64,000 nucleotides of DNA. It comes from Perkinsela sp. CCAP 1560/9 (taxonomy: Eukaryota > Protista > Euglenozoa: Kinetoplastea). Below, one piece after another: positions 23,207 through 32,060 of the stretch (its first letter is position 1; each line of letters starts with the position of its first letter). The notes beneath the pieces were generated by a model that saw nothing but the letters and a program-made list of their open reading frames with translations, did no database searches and was not told the DNA's origin. The translations under genes and the position numbers were made by a program. The DNA is taken from contig CBFFSA010000004.1 of NCBI GenBank assembly GCA_965644495.1, positions 186,001 to 250,000 on the forward strand, read 5' to 3'.

Positions 23207-24630
23207 GGCGGATTGTCAACACCAACGCACCACTTTTTTTCCCAAAAAATAATTTTCTTGTCATTTCCAGTGCACCACTTTTTCTTAAAAACTGTATTCT
23301 CATTTCCAATGCACCATTAATTATTTAAAGAAGAATTATTTTATAATATCCTTCGGATCTACACTACAAATGCGCCGTTATTCAAGACTCAGTCATTACG
23401 ATCGTAATCGTATTCAATCACTCTTTACATCTGGCGAGAGTCGGCGAAGCATAGCTCGCATAATTGGCAAAAGTCACAGCACTGTTTGTCGCGAGTTGGC
23501 GCGTAATGCAAGAAGGGGTCAGCGCTATGAGGGGACGAGGGCACAGCGCATTTCGAAAAGACGCCTCTCGTGTAAAAAGGTCAAGCCTCACAAGATACAA
23601 GGCCTTTTGGAAGAGGAAGTCAGCTCTCGACTTCAAAAGAAGCACAGCCCGGAACAGATTGCAAATACGATCCGTAGCTGTCGTACCGCCTCGACTTCTA
23701 CCATATATCGCCATATTCGTCGCAACGCGTCCTTAGGCGGCAAGTTGTACACCCATTTGCGGATCCGGCGAAAGAGGCCATACCGTCGTCGCACCAGACC
23801 TGATCGCAGCGCGATTCCCAACCGAACGCCACTTGAAAATCGACCAGAAATTGTTAATAAGCGTCGGCGCTACGGCGATTGGGAAGCAGACTTGGTCGAG
23901 GGTCGAGGACATACCGGATATATTCTTACCCTGTGCGAGCGTAAGAGTCGCTTCCTTGTTCTTCGCAAGTTGGAATCTAAGCACGCGAAGGGGGTAAGCA
24001 AACAAATTGTAGACGGGTTAAAGAATTACAAGGTTCAAACAATCACATACGACAACGGAACAGAATTCTGGCACCATGAAGAAGTAAACAAAAAATTAAA
24101 ATGCAAGTCTTTCTTTTGCGCTCCATATCATTCGTGGGAGAAAGGGTCTGTGGAACATGCAAACGGTTTGATCCGACAATTCCATCAGAAAACCGAATCT
24201 TTTGAGAATTTGAACCAAAGTGAATTAAACAAAACAGCATTGGAATTGAACACTCGTCCTCGGAAATTATTAAATTATCGTTCTCCAATGGATTTTGTGA
24301 ATGAACTGCGTAAGTAAAAGAAGCTAAGTAAGCAAAGGTACGTGAGAAAGCTTGTAAAGTTAGTCTGTTAGTGTTGGAAATTTAATGACAATAAATTTAA
24401 GCATTTTGTAAAGGTGAAGAAATTCTTGTCTAATAAAGTTTCTTACTCAGATCTTACACTTGTATTACACTTTCTTTAAATACTCTGGATAAGTTTTTAT
24501 GTTGAAAGGAAAAAGGAACGATGTTCAACTATGGTGAGGCGCAGAAAAAAGGAATGACGGTCGACTATGGTGAAAAAAGTGGTGCGCTGGAGTTGACAAT
24601 GGGGTGGTGCACTGGAGTTGAACATCCGGG
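23207..24630 (+). mobile_element. IS30-family insertion sequence (~1424 bp)
   Basis: Left IR GGCGGATTGTCAACACCAACGCACCAC; right IR (reverse complement) CCCGGATGTTCAACTCCAGTGCACCAC. TSD GGA(G). Confidence 0.88.
23370..24317 (+). CDS. IS30-family DDE transposase, intact
   Basis: HTH SRRSIARIIGKSHSTVCRELARN; SPEQIA; STIYR; GDWEADLV; TITYDNGTEF; PYHSWEKGSVEHANGLIRQF; LNTRPRKLLNY. Confidence 0.95.
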   Translation: MRRYSRLSHYDRNRIQSLFTSGESRRSIARIIGKSHSTVCRELARNARRGQRYEGTRAQRISKRRLSCKKVKPHKIQGLLEEEVSSRLQKKHSPEQIANTIRSCRTASTSTIYRHIRRNASLGGKLYTHLRIRRKRPYRRRTRPDRSAIPNRTPLENRPEIVNKRRRYGDWEADLVEGRGHTGYILTLCERKSRFLVLRKLESKHAKGVSKQIVDGLKNYKVQTITYDNGTEFWHHEEVNKKLKCKSFFCAPYHSWEKGSVEHANGLIRQFHQKTESFENLNQSELNKTALELNTRPRKLLNYRSPMDFVNELRK

Positions 24631-27249
24631 GGAGAATGCTCTCCAGAGAAAGAGAAAAAGCAACTGCGGGAACGATCCACTCGCTTGTGGAAGCCTCCGT
24701 CGACAGCAGCAATTAACGTACGAGCGATGCGATCTCGGCGTTGAGTCCTCTGGAAAATTGTGCCTCGAGTGGGCTCGGAAAAATGTCTCAGGCATCCGGA
24801 ATGATACTATGGGCCACTCACAGCATGTTCGATGTAAAGTATGTGGGTGGGTGACCCATAGCAAGGGGGAGAATTTTTGTTATAAACATTTGAAAGAGTG
24901 CTGCTCGAAGGCGCAGCAGGGGATGGAAGACTCCAGTGAAGTTGCAAATCCCAAGTCGCTAGAGGAGTACATCTTCGAAGCTCTCCCATGTTTCGCAGCT
25001 CAGAGCAATCTTTCTACCGAAGGATTCCTCGAGTGCGTAAAGAACTTATTTCAAGAATTTCCCCCCGACATACATCCTTCAGAAGCTGCATCGATCCTTC
25101 CTTCTCCTCGCGAATTTCATATCAGTGAACGTTGAATTGCCGACATGATCTGGGAAGACATTCGACGAACCATAGATGGAGCTAAATTCTTTGGCCTCGC
25201 CATCGACGATGGAGTTGACAGGGTTCTTAGCGAACATGTACTTATCGCCATTTTGTATGTTGTGGATCGCCACTTTATTCTCCCACCTATCTACCACCCT
25301 AAGCACAAATCATTTAACGGTAGCGAGATGGCACAATTCCTGATAGAAGTACTTCGGTCATGCCTCTCCGAGAGCCGACTCCTAAAGTTGCGATTCATAA
25401 TGGCAGACGGAGCCCCAGTAAATAATGTGGCTAGGCAGGAAATAGAAACCACTATGTTAGGCATTCGTGACTCTCTTGTTTCCGCAGAGGAAGAATTTTA
25501 CTCGCGCCTCAGCTCTATCGGAAGCACGGACCGGGAGAACATTGTAATTGGCGTGACGAAGCACTGTCCACGTGTCGCGCTATTACCATGCTTCGGACAC
25601 TTGTTTCATAATATGGCCAAAGATGCAGTGCAGCACTACGCAAATCTGCCAATTATGAAAGTAAGAACATACTTCTCCAGGATTTTCTATGCAGGGGACC
25701 GTGTGGGGGCAAAGAAGGGGAAGTATTTCGGAAAAGCTCTTGAAGATATATTAAGCGCCTTTGACGAAGAGACTCAAAAAGCTGAATCGTACTTTAAATC
25801 TTTTTATCGTTCTGTGAACAGCGAAAAACTTGACAAGAGGGGTCGCAGGGACACCATAGCTCATCTCAAGGAAGCATTGCAAACTCTCTCGAAAGTATCT
25901 TTAAAGGCACGCGATGTGTTTGCCGAACTGAATCAAACTCTGGAAATGGAAGACCAATGTGAGATTCTAATTGCGAAAGGTGCTAGTGTGCTGAAATCCA
26001 TTGCACATTCTCATGAAATTCGAGCCGTCACTTCTCCCAAACTTGGCGGGGTCACGCGGTGGCTCGCGGATAAATTCGAAAGCATGAGGTTTTTGGCTGA
26101 TCAGTTGCCTACTGTCCCATCCTTCATAAAAAGTGAACTGGAAACTCTGCGAGCCCCTCAATCTGTCCACCATTTGGCTGATTTGTTCGAAAACAACTCT
26201 TTGAACGACTTGATGCAGTCTGCGAAGGATTTCCTGAAAGACTGTATGCCGTTACGCATCGCACAAGAAAAATTCTCTGACATGCAGGATCGTCCTATGG
26301 CAACTCTTGTTCATCCAACTTTGCGACAGCTTGTCGAGTCTGCTGAGAATTCACCCAGGCATTTCTTAGAGTCGATACATCGGCACGTCAATAGAGTATG
26401 CTCAAACCACGAGATGAAGGTATGGGCAGCTGTGATGTGGTTTTCGCCTGAGTGGATCGTCTTATCCGCTCGACCTCGCAAGAAGGAATCCCTTTCAGTG
26501 GAATGGATAAATGATTTGTTGGGAACTGGCGACCCGATTTTCGACATTACTATTGAGGAATGGAGTACGTACGTAAACTGCGACGATTACCAGTGGACAC
26601 CCGGCATGAGCGATCTTGAGTGGTGGCAAACACTTGGGTTGAAACATTTTCCGACAATTTTTGAAGCTGCATTGCATTACCTATGGCTTCCTCCGCTAGT
26701 GACGGCATGTGACTCTATCCTTTCGGTGCTTTCCTGGAAATATTGTGCCCGTCAAGCTCGCATTGGAACAGATGTTGTAGCGACACAAATGTTTCTTCGC
26801 GGAAACGAGAACCCGCTACCGTATCGTACAAGTCGTGCAAAAAAGGCGGCAAAGCGTGGATCTGACATGGAACACTCCATATAAAATAATATCGAACTAC
26901 ATGGCGCACAGAGTATCATACATATAGAGTATCGTAGCATACAGGGTATACATTGCGGTAAATATCAATTGAATTGCGGTAAATATAATATGTGGTAATA
27001 TTGCGATAATATTCGTACGTCCAGAGCTCCGTTTTGTGGTATTTCTTCTCCGTATCTGAGATATTTTTCTCTGTTTTTTTTCTCAGTGTTCAACAAGCGA
27101 AATACTTTTTTCGTCCACAGCAACGGTTTATTGTACTATTATGCACTATGTATTGACGTCGGAACTGGGTTCTGTGGTTTAACTCAGTGTCGTGTAAGTC
27201 CTTGAAGTATTCCTTCAGGTATCTTTATCAATTCAGAATGGAATTTCAA

Positions 27250-29502
27250 TTAGCGGACACCCGCCTTCCTCCACTCTTTTACCGCGGAGGATAGTATCGC
27301 GGCGTTGCCTTTTTGAACAACCACATTAATGGCTTGTAGTGCATGACGCAGTAAACCTTTCTTGTCATACGTATACCTTGCGATCTCCTTTAGGAGGAGT
27401 ACGGTGCGCTTCCCTGCCACACCAAAAATGGTAAATGCAAGGGAGTAGAAATGCATACCCCTTTTCGTGGCCATGTCACTGTGCGCTTTTACTTTCAAGC
27501 TTTCCACCCTTTCTAGAGTGTTGCCAGGCTCTACCCATTCGGCCTTAACAAAAGAAGGGGCGAGGGGGTTAACGACGGTCACGTCCACCAGACATATCTT
27601 CACTCCCAGCATAAAGCAGACGTCGGGGCCCTGACCAGCAGAGAATCGGGGTTCATGATTGTCAGGAGTGAATCCGTACTGTCGTAGCAAGTGCGCGAAG
27701 GCATTCTTAACAAGTTTGTGGCGAGTGGCCGCAGTGTCGCCTTTGACTTTATTGCAGTCAAGGGCGTGCACAACAAAATCTTTGTTTGAGAGGATGTCTC
27801 CGCACTCACATTGTGCGAAAGGGTCCGAAGTAGGTGCTATCAAGTATCGCATGCGCATGGCTGTTTGCCATTCTGCGTCGCGCATGAAGTACTCACCCCG
27901 ATTCCTACGCGCCTCTGTCCAATTGCGCGTTCTCTTGTCCATCAACTGAAGTGAATGGACGTCATGTAGTTCGCTGGTTTCTTTACGCACTGCTGACTTC
28001 GATTCTTCATATCTTGTCAAGGCAGAACGTCGTCTTTCCATACACCCTAATACCTCAGCTTTTGTGCGAGAATACAGAGTTGCCGCTTGCTGCGCAAAAG
28101 GTTTCGCCCCCAAAAGGTCGCCCGTCATGAGAGTACTGTGAAACGGGTTCTTTTCCAGGTCTTCGAAGCCTCCTAGAAGCTCTGAGGCACACTCCTGTAT
28201 GGCCTTGTCCGCTAACACGTTGGCTTTTGCCGTTACCTCCGGCTCATGACACCGCATTAGGTAGTCCCACCGGGGGACTCCACATCTCTTCAGCAAAATG
28301 TAAGCACTTTGTAACGAGAGATGTTGCAGCCGATCCAGGAATGTCTGCAATTTAGGCATTTGGTTGACTACCCATCTGGTTTCATCCGCGCCTTCCTTGG
28401 AGACGAATGCACCTAGGAGCTTTTGTCCTTGCTCCGCATGCTCTATGTTCATACCTCTGAAAGGAGCGTACTGGTCATTGAAATGCGTCGAAAGCTTACA
28501 TTTGGCCGGATGTACCTCCAGTCCTATTCCCGAAGCGTGATCACAGAGAGCGCCAAACGCCTGTGCGACACGTTCTGCCGGGCCGATGATTGAAAGGTCG
28601 TCTAGGTAAGCCCAAAGCGTCAGATCACTGAACTCATCCTTCAATTTTCCAAGAATTTGGTGCAAGCCGAGAGAAAACAGTAACGGTCCTAATGGGTCGC
28701 CTTGTCGGACTCCCCTCAGAACCTTAGTCGGCGAACACGAGGAGTTAAATATCGTAGTTGGAGCCCCATATACATATGAGGCCACCCCGTATAGCTCGTG
28801 AAATTCATCATTTCCCCTTAGATACTGAAACACCGCGCTTCTTTCAATTGAATTGAAGGCGTTACGGATGTCTACTGTCAAGAGCACAAAGTCCGCTTTT
28901 TGACGAAACGCGTTTCTTGCCCTTAATATTATTTTAGGTCCTCCGTTTCTTGTTCCAACACCAAATTGTGTATCTTGGAAAAGTCTGCCCGTTGCTTCTG
29001 CTACCCTGTCCATGGCGATTTGGCTAGCCAATTTAAGAAAGATTTCCCCCATTGCTATAGGTCGGCAGGCTGGGGATCCTTCTACGGAAGGGCCCTCCTT
29101 GCGCAGCAAGATCAGAGTGGAGCTGGTTAAGACGTCCGTTAGCTGAGCGTCTCGGGAGTTTCGCAGCACTGCTGTAGCTATCCAAGTAACGCAGGCCACG
29201 ATATCCTGGTCCTCTAGGAGCGGTATAAGAAGTTCGCGTGTCCAGCCTGATGGGCCCGGCGCGGATCCTTTGGCGAGCTTTCTAGCCCTGTCAGTTAAGG
29301 TTTGCTTTTCGATGTCCATAGATTTTGCCGGCAAATGTTTATAACCCCGAAAGGCCTTTGGGTGAAGTCGATCTATGGCCTTAGCGATCTCTTCAGTAGA
29401 TAGTGGGTGTCGTTCCTTCGCCTCTAGCGCTTTTGCCGCTTTCCCGATCGCACCAAGTTTAAGCAGTGCCTCTGCTCGGCCTACCGGGTTAAATTTTGCC
29501 AC
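27250..29502 (-). CDS. Reverse transcriptase plus restriction-like endonuclease portion of the retrotransposon polyprotein
   Basis: APGPSGW, RPIAMGE, QFGVG, DIRNAFNSI, GVRQGDPLGPLLF, AYLDD. Then CECG..HALDC, RH, GPD..VDVTVVNP and E..K..H. Confidence 0.93.
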   Translation of the reverse strand: MAKFNPVGRAEALLKLGAIGKAAKALEAKERHPLSTEEIAKAIDRLHPKAFRGYKHLPAKSMDIEKQTLTDRARKLAKGSAPGPSGWTRELLIPLLEDQDIVACVTWIATAVLRNSRDAQLTDVLTSSTLILLRKEGPSVEGSPACRPIAMGEIFLKLASQIAMDRVAEATGRLFQDTQFGVGTRNGGPKIILRARNAFRQKADFVLLTVDIRNAFNSIERSAVFQYLRGNDEFHELYGVASYVYGAPTTIFNSSCSPTKVLRGVRQGDPLGPLLFSLGLHQILGKLKDEFSDLTLWAYLDDLSIIGPAERVAQAFGALCDHASGIGLEVHPAKCKLSTHFNDQYAPFRGMNIEHAEQGQKLLGAFVSKEGADETRWVVNQMPKLQTFLDRLQHLSLQSAYILLKRCGVPRWDYLMRCHEPEVTAKANVLADKAIQECASELLGGFEDLEKNPFHSTLMTGDLLGAKPFAQQAATLYSRTKAEVLGCMERRRSALTRYEESKSAVRKETSELHDVHSLQLMDKRTRNWTEARRNRGEYFMRDAEWQTAMRMRYLIAPTSDPFAQCECGDILSNKDFVVHALDCNKVKGDTAATRHKLVKNAFAHLLRQYGFTPDNHEPRFSAGQGPDVCFMLGVKICLVDVTVVNPLAPSFVKAEWVEPGNTLERVESLKVKAHSDMATKRGMHFYSLAFTIFGVAGKRTVLLLKEIARYTYDKKGLLRHALQAINVVVQKGNAAILSSAVKEWRKAGVR

Positions 29503-29673
29503 ACTTTTGGTATAAGCGAAGGGGTAAATTTTGGTTCTTGCTCGGCCATCCGCTTTCGTAGTTCATACGCCAGTTGCCGATGAGTCAGTTGACTTTCGGG
29601 CAGGAATAAGAACTGCTTCACTGCGCATAATAGGTTCCACGACATCTTTGCTTTTGTGTCTGTGTGTTGTATT

Positions 29674-31875
29674 TCAGTCTCTGCATATTCCACCGCATAA
29701 TTCCTTCCAGCACGGTAATTGCAGGTGATATAATTTACGCAGACTAGGTCGCGTAATCAGTTTTGTGTATGTTTCCCGCAGGCTTTGTATTTCGTGGAGT
29801 TGACGAGGCGGAAGATTTGTCGTATTACACAGTTTCTGTGAGATATGCGATCCCGATTGAACCTCTTTGGTTGAACAATCTTCGAATATTCCTCCAACAA
29901 TCTTCTCCAGTATGGCCCCACGTGGGACTGCTTCTGAGGCCCCAGATATGCAAGGGCTTCCAGGGTGAATTTCTTCCAGATTCAACACATCTTTAACTCT
30001 TGTTTTGCTTCCCTTGGGCCGGCCGCGTGGGCGCTCCGGGCCTGGGTTTCCCTCTATCGTCGAGTCTGCTTGGATCTGAAGTGACCCGAGATCCAACGAA
30101 CCTGAAGGTGTGAACTTTCTTCCGGGGGGTCGGCCCCTCTTCTTACCCGGTCCGGGGTTGCTTTCAATGCAGCCTCGGATCAGCTGGGTGCGTACTTGCG
30201 CTTTGGACCAACCAGAGTTGGCGATGACGTTTTTAGTTGACCGGAAACACCACACTGCCCGTGGGCCGGGGTTGCTCTCAATACCCCCTCTTATTAACCA
30301 TGTATGAACTTGGTCTTTGGACCAGCCAGTTTCTGATGACAGAACTTCCGGTGGCCTAAAGCACCACCATGAAACCCCGCTCGCATCCTTAATTTGTTCC
30401 CAGGATTTTGACAAAGAAAGTTCAATGCCTAGAAAGTGGCAGATAGCAACAGGGTACTCAACCGGCGCTACACCCTCAGGTATACGGATTGGGTGATCTT
30501 CAATTTGACAATAAATTGGGATTTCGTTGCCTGACTTTTCTCCTGGTGGGGCCTTGATAGTAGCCCCGTACACGCATTCCGTCGTCGGGGGACCGATAAT
30601 CCCAGAGAGAGGTAACTCTTCATATGAGGTGGGATCCACGATTTGAATAAGGCCGTTTGGGAGTTGAATTGTGGCTGCCACGTGATCTCGGAGCAATCCA
30701 AGTGACGCGCTTGGGCTGAGCCCTGTTACCAGGACGTGGGACGTTTTCTCCGGTTCCAGGAACAACGCCACTTTGGTCACATAGGATGCATGAGTCTCCG
30801 AATCAAGGGAAGAAATATCATCTTCATCCCACTCGCCGCCGAAACCACCTGGTTCGTCAATGGAAGGCCTAGAACTGGGGGTAGCACGTTTAGGGGGCGG
30901 CGCACGTTCGAGGTGGAGGTGGGTAACGCGAGGAAGAAATCGCGACGCGATGTGGAGGCTGGAATCTTCCTCTTGATTTATTATGCGATCTCGCATTTTG
31001 GTATATGACAAAAACAAGCTTTCTCTTTTCAGCGCCTGAGATTGAATAAATCTCGCATTTTGCTTCTCCCTAGCGGCGGAGTGCGACCGCTGATGTTCCT
31101 CCAGGGAAGACTGATCCATAAATTTGCGATGGCATGTGGAACAAATGTGGCCACCGCGCTCGACAATCCGCAGTGCATTTTGGCACTGCTGCTGCAGGTT
31201 TAACATGTGGTGCATGTGTTGTTCCTGCAGACGCCGAGCTTGTAACATCCACTTGTATTCTAGCTTGAGACTCTGAGTCTGTAACTTGTGGATTGCAATC
31301 ATATTATGAAGAGCGCCGTACTTGGCGACTTCCTGAGTCTGAAGCTCCCGCTTCAGTTCCCCAAACCGTTCTGCAAAGGACTTCCCTGGTTTCAGCGCTT
31401 TCGGTTTAGAGGCCACTTGGTCGTCATCTAGGCGTGAAGTCCCACCTGCGCGCTTGGGGAAGGGAGACAAGCGGGACGTGGTGGAAGTCCCGTAGTTCGA
31501 CTTTGCGGGTTTTTTGGACTCTTTGAGAGAATGACCAGCTGTCAAGTGTGAATAAGTCAGACGTGATGGAGCCTTCTTGTCCTCATTCGAGCTGCCCTTC
31601 GAGAAACGAAGAGACGAAAACGGATTGTGAACTGCGGGAGCTGGATCAAGTCGTTTTTGAGATTCTGTGAGATCCCCCTTGGAACTATTGGCCGGGCGTT
31701 TACCTGCACGACCAGACGGTACATTCGCGTTGTCCACATTCGCGAGCGTTTGGAGACCACGAATACGATGGTCCCCCCGGCGAAGGTTGTGAGCAACTGT
31801 TCTCTTTTCGGAGAGAGAGGAAATGAAAGACGTAAAAAGTTGAAATAGATCTTCAGTCTTCACTCCTGCCACCAT
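29674..31875 (-). CDS. N-terminal portion of the retrotransposon polyprotein: C2H2 zinc finger, three 2A-like motifs, two AT-hooks
   Basis: CSTCHRKFMDQSSLEEHQRSH; GGIESNPGP, GCIESNPGP, STIEGNPGP; KRGRPP and PRGRPK. Linked to the RT ORF through the bridging frame 29481-29693 by two frameshifts. Confidence 0.82.
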   Translation of the reverse strand: MVAGVKTEDLFQLFTSFISSLSEKRTVAHNLRRGDHRIRGLQTLANVDNANVPSGRAGKRPANSSKGDLTESQKRLDPAPAVHNPFSSLRFSKGSSNEDKKAPSRLTYSHLTAGHSLKESKKPAKSNYGTSTTSRLSPFPKRAGGTSRLDDDQVASKPKALKPGKSFAERFGELKRELQTQEVAKYGALHNMIAIHKLQTQSLKLEYKWMLQARRLQEQHMHHMLNLQQQCQNALRIVERGGHICSTCHRKFMDQSSLEEHQRSHSAAREKQNARFIQSQALKRESLFLSYTKMRDRIINQEEDSSLHIASRFLPRVTHLHLERAPPPKRATPSSRPSIDEPGGFGGEWDEDDISSLDSETHASYVTKVALFLEPEKTSHVLVTGLSPSASLGLLRDHVAATIQLPNGLIQIVDPTSYEELPLSGIIGPPTTECVYGATIKAPPGEKSGNEIPIYCQIEDHPIRIPEGVAPVEYPVAICHFLGIELSLSKSWEQIKDASGVSWWCFRPPEVLSSETGWSKDQVHTWLIRGGIESNPGPRAVWCFRSTKNVIANSGWSKAQVRTQLIRGCIESNPGPGKKRGRPPGRKFTPSGSLDLGSLQIQADSTIEGNPGPERPRGRPKGSKTRVKDVLNLEEIHPGSPCISGASEAVPRGAILEKIVGGIFEDCSTKEVQSGSHISQKLCNTTNLPPRQLHEIQSLRETYTKLITRPSLRKLYHLQLPCWKELCGGICRD
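30037..30370 (-). other. Array of three 2A/StopGo-like ribosome-skipping motifs
   Basis: IExNPGP cores at 30262-30288, 30148-30174 and 30037-30063, spaced 38 and 37 codons apart. Confidence 0.78.
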
Positions 31876-32027
31876 TGGCTCCTTAGCGCCGAGAAAACAT
31901 TTCGGACAGATTTTGTACGCATTATTCGCTTGAATCGGCGATCACAATCACGGCATGTTCTCTTGGGGAATTCCCAGGCGGGCATGTGGGAGTGAGAGAC
32001 TAGAAGTAAAACAACAAGGAATGGAAT

Positions 32028-32060
32028 CAACAAGGTACATAAACTGTAATCTTTATTGTT
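32028..32060 (-). other. Spliced-leader-like 33-mer at the retrotransposon 5' end
   Basis: AACAATAAAGATTACAGTTTATGTACCTTGTTG. Its last 21 nt match the kinetoplastid SL 3' half TACAGTTTCTGTACTTTATTG at 18/21. It is not followed by the SL-intron GT. Confidence 0.72.

Larger units (their letters stand above)
23031..26884 (+). pseudogene. hAT-like transposase (~810 aa reconstructed), split by IS30 and one in-frame TGA
   Basis: 23031-23206 joins 24634-25135 in frame (LEEE-NALQRK). The TGA at 25133 is in frame with 25145-26884. Motifs CKVC..H..C, LAIDD, MADGA, PCFGH, TRW, WW..FP..A.HYLWLPP. Confidence 0.82.
27240..32060 (-). mobile_element. CRE/SLACS-clade non-LTR retrotransposon, apparently full-length
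   Basis: RT and RLE domains, an SL-like 5' end, and a candidate 10-bp TSD AATTCAGAAT (27230-27239, 32061-32070). No poly(A) at the inferred 3' end. Confidence 0.85.

Noticed and set aside
25133-25135. In-frame TGA stops (here, ~6315, ~60705) suggesting UGA recoding
   Set aside because: They occur in decaying elements or pseudogenes alongside TAA nonsense codons and frameshifts, and some genes appear to end in TGA. A genome-wide codon analysis would be needed.
29481-29693. Programmed frameshifting between the retrotransposon ORFs
   Set aside because: Two separate shifts are needed and no canonical slippery heptamer is evident. One looks like a GT dinucleotide slip, so decay or sequencing error is more likely.
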